This document shows positions 41,215-52,500 of a DNA stretch of 64,000 nt, one piece after another. Position numbers and translations under genes: made by a program. The DNA comes from Azolla caroliniana (Eukaryota > Plantae > Polypodiophyta). Location: assembly GCA_043228905.1 (NCBI GenBank), contig JBHGNT010000016.1, positions 2,046,001-2,110,000 of the forward strand, given 5' to 3'. The notes below the pieces were generated by a model that saw only the letters and a program-made list of their open reading frames with translations, was not told where the DNA came from and ran no database searches. Within the stretch, counting starts at the first letter, position 1. Each line of letters opens with the position of its first letter.

Positions 41215-41224
41215 GTCCCCAACA
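35831..41224 (+). mobile_element. Ty1/copia LTR retrotransposon, near full length, inactivated
   Basis: TG...CA ends with a perfect TSD TGACT (35826-35830, 41225-41229). The 5' LTR starts at 35831 and the 3' LTR spans 40985..41224; I count 7 mismatches over the first 200 shared bp. A PPT (GGGGGAG) lies immediately before 40985. Domain order is gag-PR-IN-RT-RH. Confidence 0.97.
36759..40781 (+). pseudogene. copia gag-pol polyprotein with multiple stops and frameshifts
   Basis: Gag 'KFDGSNFNFWK'; protease 'WLLDSGASYH'; GAG-pre-integrase 'LWHERLGH'; integrase 'VHVDVCGP...DNGGEF...PEQNGIAER'; RT 'KARLVAKGF', 'IYMDDML'; RNase H 'GYTDSDFAG...STTEAEY...KHIDVRYHFVRD'. Confidence 0.95.
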
Positions 41225-41229
41225 TGACT

Positions 41230-42910
41230 GATTGTCGCAAAACAACTCTTGGGCAATCGACTCCACATTTAAAACTAATCAATTTGGGCTCCCATTATAT
41301 GCAATCGTTGCATCGAATGCCATGGGAATAGGGATCCCACTATGGTATATGATTTGTAGTTCTGATAAGGGCTCAAATCATGAACAAGTGGCATTAGAAA
41401 CTTGCTTGAAAGTCATATTTGCTAGGATGCCTAGGGTAAGGCCGATGCGATAGTCCTTGATAAATCTTGGACATCATACAATGCCATATGCAATGTAATT
41501 TCTCAAGACCATGAATCTTGGACATCATACAATGCCATATCTAATGTAATTTCTCAAGACCATGAATCTTGGATTGTCGCAAATGGTGAACGCTCACAAA
41601 CACGTTGTCCACTTTTATTATGCTAGTTCCATGCTAAAAAATCATGGGTTGATAACTCGTTGCCCAAAGTTAGTGTTGTAGAAAGAAACCCCCTTTATCA
41701 AAGGATGTGCCAACTCATGCATTGCATTAGCTAATCATCCTTCAATGCTATATGTGAGGAGGTAAGGCAAGAATACTCAAACAAACCTGGAGTTTGACAA
41801 TATATCAAAGGTGGATGGTGTGGACAAACTTGTGATTGGAGGAGTCTATGACCCAAGTTTGGTAGACTATTCAATTATGGACATGTTGACACTACCAGCC
41901 TTGTGGAGAGACATTGGCAATTTCTCAAGTACACTGCCTTACGAGGAAGAATAAATCGTTCTATTACCAATCTTGTGCATGTCTTAATCGGGGACAATGT
42001 CTCTGGCACTTGCATCGGCGGGACCGTGGTGGAATGGTACATGCAATGACAAGAGATATGTGAGAGTGGTAGATTCCAACCCCGTGCAAATTGTAAGGAT
42101 CAAAGGTCAAAACTTAAAGAGGCTGAGAGGATACTAGAAAGATATGTGATTGATAGCAACTCAGTGCATATTGTGGACGAGGCCTAGTATTGGTTTCGAA
42201 TATTGAGCATGACCACTCCCACTATATGGTACAATGTCTCACTCCAATGTTCATATTGTGATTGCCAAGACTTTGCAAGTAAATGTAAGCATTTGCTTGC
42301 CATTCGGATGATCGTTGAGAGACATATGCCATTGTTATGTGGATCATTACCATTTATAGATCATGCAGCCTGAATGCGAATGGATGATGCCACAATGGAT
42401 CGAGAACTAGAGTTGACACAAGAAGTAGAAGTCAAGATGAATGTAGAAGTTGACTAAAAGGAATAAATAAAGTTAGAAGCACACCAAACTATGGAAGCAC
42501 TTCAACTTCTCGAGCAAGGATGCAGAGCAATGAATAGTGCAGCTCTTGAGCGTTGCCGACAAGTCATGGTAGATTTTCGAAAGGAATTGCTCTTATCTAT
42601 GGGTGCATCGGCAACAACCAATATGGCATCGGGAGGTTCAATAAGTCAGAAGCAACAAATTGGTGCGAAAAGAGGAGCCACACTCAACATTTCACAATAA
42701 CTTATTGGCAGCTCCCCAAACACGACCAAAACATACACTAATAGACTATAGAGAGGTGCTCGTTGTGCTAAGAGGCGGTTGCCAATATGTGACATTGTGA
42801 AGGTTCAGTGTTTTCATTGTGATGGTTTGACATTGACTTCAAGAGACGCTAATGAAAATTGCTGCAAAAATTGTGGGTGTATCTTGCCATCCTTTGAACA
42901 AGAACCTTGA
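41230..42910 (+). pseudogene. Mutator-like (MULE/SWIM) transposase, 3' part, decayed
   Basis: MULE DDE-domain motifs 'WAIDSTFKTNQFGLPLYAIV', 'LLC*FHAKKSW' and 'DTTSLVERHWQFLK'. SWIM finger 'CDCQDFASKCKHLLAI'. C-terminal Cys pairs 'CFHC...CKNC'. Many in-frame stops. Confidence 0.85.
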
Positions 42911-43060
42911 TCTTGATCTCATAGTTTTTTATTACATTATATCATGTGATTTTTATATGTAAAATCGTGCAATTTTGTATTTTTGAAAAAGTTTTTGATA
43001 TTTTTGAGTAATCTTAACATCAATTTTAAACAATGGGCTCTTCAATAATTTAAATTGGGT

Positions 43061-43212
43061 ACCCGGGTTAGGTTTAGGTGTTACAAAATAGCTTGTCAAA
43101 GCTGGGTTAGGTGTGATAGAGGCTTGTTAGAGACCACCCGGGTTAGATGTGACAGATCCGATTGTTAGAGCTGGGTTAGATGTGACAGAGGCTCGTCAGT
43201 CCCGGGTTGGGT
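43061..43212 (+). repeat. Subterminal tandem repeats of the MULE-like element (about 5 copies, CYGGGTTAGRTGTGAYAGA)
   Basis: Copies near 43062, 43101, 43138, 43171 and 43201. An inverted copy (TGTCACCTAACCCGGG) sits at about 34074-34089 on the other side of the transposase. Confidence 0.7.
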
Positions 43213-43382
43213 TGATGGCGCGCGCTTTTTGTGGATAGAGATTGAACGATGCAGATTGCAAGCGCCATTCAAAACGTGTCATGGACCGTCCGTGTCCGTG
43301 ATTTCCTCGCGAGGCCTAATTATGATTTGGTTGCAAATAGACACGAGCCTTTGTAATGGGAATGCTCTAAAAGTTTGACAAA

Positions 43383-43424
43383 GACATAGACATAGACATA
43401 GACAGAGACAGAGACAGAGACAGA
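43383..43424. repeat. Compound hexanucleotide microsatellite (GACATA)n(GACAGA)n upstream of the DmX-like ATG
   Basis: Directly visible in the sequence. Confidence 0.9.
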
Positions 43425-43597
43425 TTATATGAACAGTTGATTCAGAGATTGAATATGCGTCGTAATTCTTTTGCATCAGGTGTGGACATCCTTCTCGATC
43501 GATCCGAAAGCACACCACCGTATCAATCGAAACCCTCCCTACCTCGAATTCGCAGTTGAAGATCTGAACATTAATGTAAGACTCGACATTCGAATCC

Positions 43598-46500
43598 ATG
43601 GCACCTCCTTTCAGGCTTTCTTTACAAGGCCGAAGTTTTCCTGCACATAGTGGAAGCGCTTCTTCTTATTCTCAAACAGTAGATTGGCTTCCTCATTACA
43701 ATGGATACAGCTGGTTAGCTTATGGTTCTTTCTCTAGTTTGGTTATTTCACTCGCCCCTGTTCCTACAAGGAAAGATGAGGAAACAGATTTGGAAATTTG
43801 TCATATTATGGATTCCCTTCATGAAACTCCAATTACACACGTGCTTTGGGATCCTTCTTGTTCGGGAATTTTAGCTTCGAGTACTGGAAAATTTGTTTGT
43901 ATTTATGGTCCAGAGTTTAGCAACATTGTTGCCAAATCTGAATTTCCAGGTATATTCTTTAATAGTTTTTTCACATGCTAATCTTACATAGTAAGTTTGA
44001 AGATTATGTGCGTATTGTATTTTTTTTGTTTGTGTTCATGGTCTCCATCTGAAGTGCATATTGTATGCTTTTTGGTTTTATATATGTGCAAGGCTTTCAC
44101 AAACTTTATTTCCCAAATCTAAGCTTCTATTTTTTCAGTATTTCTCTTAGAGCCACATCTTAGATTTTGGTAACTTCATTCCTCAAAGAGGTTGGACTTA
44201 GGAAAGTTTTTCATAAAGGTGAAATTAAGGATAAAAGTTGGGTAATTTAAGTTGTGTTTTTTATTTTATTTTGCATGTTTTACAAAAAGTTGGAATTTCG
44301 TTTTTCAAATTTTGCCTCACATTTGAAATTCATGTTTTTAATCGATTTAACAGCTTTATTCTCTTAAAACTCCCATATATCCGAAAATTTGAGTGTTCAT
44401 GAATATTTAAGAATTTGGAGGCATTGACTGCTCGAAATTTACTCTCTTTTTAGGAGAAAATTTGTTTTTTATTTGTCTTAACTGAAACCAGGGAATTTCT
44501 TTGATAAATGGCCATTTTTTATGTGTAAAAGATGAAATTCTTAATATTCTATAGAATCACCTAATGCTGATCTCATCATAGTTGTTTGTGCAAATCTAAA
44601 TTATTCTGTTGAACTTAATCAAGCATTGACTGTATATTCATTGTGAGGCCCACCTCACCATTCTCAAACATCTTCCCAAAGCTTGTGGATGATCATATTT
44701 GCACTGCACTTTATGTTTCTTAGCAATGATGATGGAGCTATCCTTTTCTTGGAATAGAACTGAAGACACAAGGTTCAAACCAAGGAATTTTCAGGTGGGC
44801 CAGATGTGTGCTCTGCCAAATTGCTTTGCACGAGATATAGTATGATGTATTAGACTTCAGCATACAATATTGTCACACAAATTGCACTTGCTACTCTATG
44901 AGATGACTCCTAAGCTAAGGTAAAAGAAACCCCTACAAAAGCTTGGGGTAGTTGGAAATACCTACCCAATTGAAATGAAAACAATTGAGAACGCTATAAA
45001 CCTAGTACATAATTCACTAGAAAGATAAGACGGCTACATTAATGAAGCTGATTCATTTTATGAATATATATCTGATTTGCACCGTGATCCCTTCCAAAGT
45101 ATTGTAGAAATGATAAAATAACTCAAATGCAAGAGTCATAGTGTAAGAGTGCAGTCTATGGTTGATCCTATGTACGAGTATAATCATGAAAATATACTAA
45201 TATCCAGCTCCAGCAAGTAGATAAAAATTGGGATGTGTATTCAACTTTCAGTGCTGTTTGAAGGTGGGTATTAAACACATTGTGATATAAATATTGGAAT
45301 GTGTGGACTCTGAAATATTGCATGACCTGAGATGCACATCGGTTTACATTCTTTTGATGTGAATTTAAGTTTTATTAAAGTTGGATGATTGAAATATTAT
45401 TTAGTCTTAACATGCTTATGATTTTTGGTTTTCCATTGTTTTTGTAGTTTTTCCTCAAGCATGGTCGTGTAAGCACACATTGGAACATGCCTATCAAGTA
45501 TATAGTTTTGCATGGACAGAATCAGGTGACGGCTTACTTTCAGTTGGTACAGAAATAGGCATGTGGATGCGAAATAAGGAGGGTTGGTACAAGCTATGGA
45601 AATCATGTGCTACACATCCTCAATGTTTTGCTGCAGCAACATTTTCTGCCAAGGGTTTAGCTGCAACAGCAGATGGTGATTTTATGAACCTTAGTGATGC
45701 TCAAGAACATGCCATTAAAACTACAAGCAAAGGAAAAGTTACAGTTTGGTGGTGGGAGGATAGTGTGGGTTTGCTGGAGGCTGAGCTCATTCATCCACAA
45801 GAAGTTATGATGATACAATGGAGACCATCAAAAGCATATGCTTTGCAAAAACCATTCCGTCCAGTTCTTTTGACAACATGCAAGGATGGAGCTGTGCGCT
45901 TATGGATAGAGATAGACAATGGTAGGGGTAGATTGGAAAAAGCACTTGGAAAGGATGTGCCGCGAAAGCATCTAAAACCATCTTATTTTGTGGGGGCAGT
46001 TATTGAAGCTGGGCAGTCCTTGCATGGGAACCTTGGAAAAGATGTACTTGTTAGTTGGTCGTTTGAGTGTAGAGCTCTTTCGAATTCGACCTCTGTGCGG
46101 GAGAACAATTCTGTTAGGAATACAATATCAAAAAGAGAAAACACAGTTTCTTGTGAGTGGTTGGTAGGTTTGGGTCCAGACGGTTCTATTTGTGTGTGGG
46201 GTGTACTCTATATCGATGATATCAATCCATCCCGATGTCCCCGTGTTTTCTCATGGAAGAAATCATCTGGAGTGCTTCCTGCCTGTCAACCTTCTGCAGG
46301 AATAATGGCAAGACAAAATCTGATGAAAGTTGTTGCACAAAGTTTAGGGAGAAAGTGGGAGGATCTACCTTCTTTTTTGGATCTGTTCTATACAACACAT
46401 CCTCTGTCATTTCATTGGTTTCGCATATGGTTGCCAGTGAACTCAATAAATGGAAATGGCTCCAAAGATTCTCTAGGATTGGAAATTACCACAATCCCAG

Positions 46501-49500
46501 ACAGCAGTAAGAAGGATGCTTGGGGTGTGGTGGCTGAACAATTGCATGCAGATAGCCATTCCCATGATGTTATTGGCCTAGCTGTACATCCTATCACACA
46601 GATAGGACTTATAGCCACCTTAGATAATCAGGGCCATATTTTTCTCTGGAAATTTCCATCGTTTGCCTATCTAGTTAATGTGGACTCAGCCACATGTTTT
46701 TCAAGGTGGAGACCTTCTGGTCACTTTATTGGTCCTTTGGATTCCAAAATGATCACGTGGTTGCCAGCTCTATTTCATAAGGATCGAGCTATACTCCTCC
46801 TTGTGCATGCTGGGATTATTGACTGCTACATAGTCGCAGAAAGCTCATTGACAATTGGTTTTTCTCTGTTACCCAATCTGCTTTACAGAATTGACGTATT
46901 TGCAGAGTGTCCTCAGCAAGACCTTTGTGATATTTGGGCAATACCTATAAAGAATCTTCATAGATTAGCCTCGTCAACTGTAAATTTTACGATTATTGGA
47001 ATAGGGCAAACAGCACAGGAAGTTATATGCTGTGATTTGGAGATCACTGTAAAAGGAGCTGATCATCATATAAGTGATGCAGATCGTAGGGATCAAAGAA
47101 GCACTCAGGGTAATCTAGTGGCTCATCTGCTTGGTATTACAAACCTGAAACAGCCTGAACTTGTCTCCTGTCTTGCTGCTGTTCCCTCATTCTTTTTACC
47201 CGTCATAGAGATATCCATGAGCCATTTGATGTTTGAACCTTTGCCCTTTGCCCACCCATATGATTTTGCTACAGGTTCCATTGATGGAACAGTAAGGTTA
47301 TGGAAAAGAGGTGATCAAGAGCTTTCCACTAGGAAATATGAGATGGATGACAATTACTGGGCCTGCGTAGGAGTTTTGAAGGCAAGGCTAGGGCCAGTAA
47401 CTATGATGTCCATTGGAAGCTTTGGGCTGAACATTGCGACTGCTGGTCCTGTGACATTTGATGGCCATGAAATTGAAATATGGAACCTTGAAAGTTGCAT
47501 GGATATTGCTTATTTCAATCTCAATTTTAAAATATCTTTGGAGAGCTGCCCAATTTCAATACAATGGTTGCAAGCTGGCAATGGGCAATCAATGCTAGGC
47601 GTGTTGACAGAGACTGAGCTGCATGTATATTCTGAAGCTAAAATAAAAGTGGTACATACAAATACTGGAAAATTAGGACAAACTCCATGGTTCCACTTGG
47701 CATCAGTGAGACTATTTTCAAGTTCATCATGTTTTTCATGGGGACCAAAGGGTTCTTTACTCCTACCCATCAGAGATCACATTCTTATCTATGGTCCAAA
47801 GCTCATTTTGGAGGAAAATAAAATGGATTCTTATCTAGGTAAAATTTTCAGTATTAAATAATAAGTTATGCTTGTACCTTAGATTGCCTTCTTGATATTG
47901 TATCCGCGTTTCAGCAGAACCTTTGATGGGGCAATACAATACCCAGCTGATGGCCCTATGGCATGAGGGTTGGAGTCTATTAAAGGCTGGAGAAGTAATG
48001 AATGTTTCATTACCTTTGTATCACCCAACATCACTGCTTTATCTTCTTTACACAGGTACTGATTTATTTTTACAATAGAGGAGGCTTGTCGTATATCATA
48101 TCACATGTGATTTAAATTTGAAGGGTTGGTTTTACCTGAAGAAGTTGGCCTTTTCTTTAAGGGAATCATCAGCAGGCTAGAGTTTGTCTTTCATATCTTC
48201 TGCAGAACTTGCCAAATTTGAGCACAAGCATTACAAAGGAAGGTCCTTCTGATTCATGTAAAATGTTTTCACCAATGCATTTGAAGGAGTTTTTTCAAAT
48301 TGAGATAGGAAAAACAGGAAAGTTTTCAACTAAGGTATATGAAAGTAAACTCAATTGGGGCAGTGACTTGGACCATGAATTAGAGTATCAGAGAACTGAT
48401 TTCAACAGAATGAGTCTAGCACATGAAGTCGGTGGAGCTTCTACTCATATGAATGAGTCCTCATCTATGGAAAAGCTTGAATCTTCTCTTCATAATTTGT
48501 ATATATGTGGCCTGAATGAGGATGAGAAAAATGATCTGTTAACAGCAGCAGATGTTTTGCATAAAATGAACACAGTTTCGAAAGCATTTGAATACCAGAG
48601 TTTAGATCCACCAGGAAAAAGGTATGTAGAATGATATGAATTTAATTTCATTTTGAATGATTGTAAAGGGCTGTTTTCATGTTTCATCCGTGGAGCATGT
48701 GTGTGCAGTTTCTGTTATGTGTTCATATAAGGGCATACAGTATTTTGGATTATTTACCATAATGTTGTGGCCAGTTCGTGCATCTATATGCATACCTCAC
48801 CTTCTATTTCCTAATCACCTCTACTAAAGATAAACAGCAGTATAGATCTGATATTTCATCAATCTATTTGAAAAAGAGAAGGGTAACTTTTATGGTTGTC
48901 CATAGCAGAAACTCTGTGAGTTTGGAGTTGGTTTAAGAATAGGCTGTTCTCTTCACTTTTTAAGAGCCTTGTATGATGTAAGTGTACGAAAGTTTGCCGA
49001 GCCTGTAAGTTCTAAGAAGCCGATGGAGGTCACCTCTTTACCAAGTGTAGACTCAAGTTGACAAAGTAAATATGCTATGCAATGCAAATCTGAAACTCAT
49101 GTCTTTGAAGATTTTCACTTACCAATTCATTTGAAGTTTTTATCCTTTTTGAATTAGTACCAAAAAAGAACTATCCAACTTCTTCATTAATGTGTCATTT
49201 TGCTTAAGGTTTGAAGGTTCTTAATGCACTAAATTATTGAACCAATCCTTTGTTCGCAATGTCCTCGCTGCAGTGATTCTAGGGCCACTTGCATTTTCCT
49301 TTTAGGTTTTCTATTTGTGTAATTTCCTCATTTGATACCATTCCTCTGTTCACAATGTCCTTGCTGCATCTGCATTTAGTGATTCTAGGGCTGCTTGCAT
49401 TTTCTTTTTAGGTTTTCCATTCGTGTAATTTCAATGCTTGCTATTTTAATGACATGGCTATCTGATTCATGCTATACATGTAGTTGTCCATAATAAACTC

Positions 49501-52500
49501 CTGAATGGAGCGAGTCTGAATAAACACTAGATGGATGTACAAATCAGCAAGACAAGGTGCTACCTTTGAGAGCATGGTTAATATATTTTCTTACAGGTCA
49601 ATGGCCGTTGTAACTGCCGCTGCATCTTTGCAATCTGATGATAAGAAAGAAAGATATATTAACGTCTTTTAAGAGGCCAAAATGGCCTATAAGACCAAAT
49701 AAGAGATTACATCTTGAGTGTTGTCTCGTCTTTGAGAACAAATCAAAATAAAATAAATATTACACAGTAAATATTAAAGTAAATAAGATGAAAAGAGAAG
49801 AAATGAGGGAATCTGGTTTTTGGCACATGTGAGATTCTCAAGTTAGGTATATTGTAGCTTTTGTCTTCGAAAGATCTCTAGCATAGGTCGATCCAGAATG
49901 GAAATGTCTCTGAAGCGAGGGAAGCACCCACGATGGCGGGAGATAATGGCTTTTATTTGTCGATGACAAGGGTGTCGAGGTCGTGGTTCATGGGGCCGGG
50001 GCCTACGTGCACGACAAATTGCTATTGCCCGATCAATTGTAACCCCTTTGTTATGTCCTGGTCTGGAACCCATTTGTGTATACTGTGCTGGACTTGTAGC
50101 ATTAGTAGGAGTGATGGGGCTAAAGAAAGTTGTGATTGTTCTTTGTGGATGAGCTTGTGTGGCTGTATTCTTCAACAACTATTCCCGATGTCTCTTGAGC
50201 TCTAGCAAGAAAAGTCCTAGGCATCGTTGGTCCTCATATTCCATTACCTTGCGTAGTGGGCCAAAGCGTTGTTTAAAGAGGCAATGGTATGTCCCTCTGA
50301 TTTCATAAAAGACACTACAATGACAAACATAGTGTTCCTCAGATTCCACTCCTTGATGACACAATTGGCAAATTCTCTCTTCTAGAGGTAGTCGTGTATA
50401 TCTGCCTACCTCAATCTGTAGCTGATGTGATGAAGTTCGCAGCTGGCCTATCACACTACGCAGCGCATAGGATAGATGTATGTCCATATAAGGTGGCCTG
50501 ATGACAAATCCATCCTCTGATGTATGTAAGAAGTGCGTCTTATAGTGGGCCATCTTTGTACAAGTGGTATTTTGGGGCTGATCCATGTTATCTTGTTTTC
50601 CAAGTTAATAATATCAGTTCGGATCACTCTATTCTTTTCCACTTTGGTCATATTTTGGTGGGGATAGTCCAAGCTATATTGGAACGGGGGTAGTGCATTT
50701 ATACTCATGCCATGTGACTCGAACCATTGCTGCATTTCAGCATACCAACAATGAGTGTCTCCATTTTCAACCAGTTGTATTGATGACATAAGTGCCAACC
50801 TTGGGTACCTTCATTTAGGGAGACCCCAAAGACGTTGGATAAATGTCATTGATCGGAACAATCCCTCGGTTATTATAGGTGCTGCTCCCATCTCTGCCTG
50901 GATTATATCGTGGGGCACCGATGCTTTGCTCCTTATCATGCGAGCAATCATTGTCACTAAAGGTGTCTCTAAATCTTTCCAATGATTTGCCTTGTTAAGA
51001 CTCGGTTCCCATGTTTCTACTCCATAGAGAAGAGCTGGTGTGACAAGTGTATCAAATAACCATAGCTTAGTCTGTGGCTCTTGGAATTGCAAATGTGCAC
51101 ATTGTCTCTCGAGAGCATGAAGGGCTGCATATCCACGAGAAAGTCGGGAACAAGCAGCGTCTTGTAAGGAGAACCTAGGTCCTGTAAATGTTACTCCTAG
51201 GTATGTGTAGGAGCGTGAGTATTCCACCTTTTCCTCTCCCAAGAAGAATTCTGGTTCTGATCTTCTGACCCATGCTTGAGTGGTGTTAAACACCATCATT
51301 AGTTTTGTCCATGTTGATTGACAAACCTTTGTCCGTACAAAATAGTTTTAAGGCATTTAGATGTCTTTGTAGTCCCTCCGGAGAGTCAGAAATCAGCACA
51401 ATGTCATCAGCATATAGTAATATTTGTATAGCTATACCTGCTAGGCGTGCTCTGGAACCCCCAAATCTCTCTATGTAATGTGATACCTCATCTATATAGA
51501 GACCGAAGAGAGTGGGGTATAGTGGGCATCCTTGCTTCACTCCAATTGTGCTAGCCACCGCCTCTGACAAGCCCTTGGGAGACTGCACTTTTCTTGACAC
51601 GGATTCATAGAGTGCATAGACTCCCCATTGCATATATGTAGGAACACCAAGGGCTTCTAGCCGCTGCATAAGCTGAGCACATGGCACAGTGTCAAAGGCT
51701 TTTCGGAAATCCACAAATCAGCAATAAATCCTCTTATTGTGGGCTCTTCCCTCCTCAATAAGAGCCTGGAGGGTGAATATGTGATCCAAAGTTGTGAACC
51801 CCTTCCAAAAGCCTGCATGTCCAACTGAACGGCAGCCATTCTGCTCTGCCCATATACTCAATTCTGATTCTAGAATTGACCCAAATAGTTTAGCCAAGTA
51901 ATGGCCAATCATGATTGTCCTATAGTTGCTTGGCATCATAGGGTCTCCACTCTTGAGGATTGAGCAATTGTTGCTTATACTAAAGCCTTCTCTGTTTGCT
52001 ATGCACATGGAAGGACAATGATGAGCAAGCTGAAATATTGAAAGCTTGCAACAAGATATTGGGATCCTGGATCTAGCTATAACGGAAAGCTTTCATACCA
52101 TGTGAGTGATGACAATGGGAAAAATGAGTGCTGATGGCTACTGAGCAGGCCGTACAAAGGGAGATGCCTGGTGAATACTTAGCAATTACAAATAATATGG
52201 AGGCTTTATTTATAGGGTTTGTACAATTGTGAGGCTTCTTAGTGTATTAACTTTCTCAGTGAATTCTCTTTATGTAGCTGATCTGATTGTGAAGACAACA
52301 ATGGCCCATTAGAAACATCAATACACTTCTCTATCTCTTTGTCCAGAATATTTTATTCACATAGTACTACCTCGTGTAACCAAGCATGGAGCCTTATTTA
52401 GAAGCTCAGGTTTATTATTGTGCTTACAGGTTTTGGGTTTCAGTACAGCTGTCTCACAGCAATCAATGCAGAAGATATGGGCGAAATGCACATATAGAAG

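Noticed and set aside
43061-43212. Regularly spaced repeats of about 20 bp resembling a CRISPR array
   Set aside because: The context is eukaryotic, the spacers are short and similar to each other, and there are no cas genes. They are better explained as transposon subterminal repeats.
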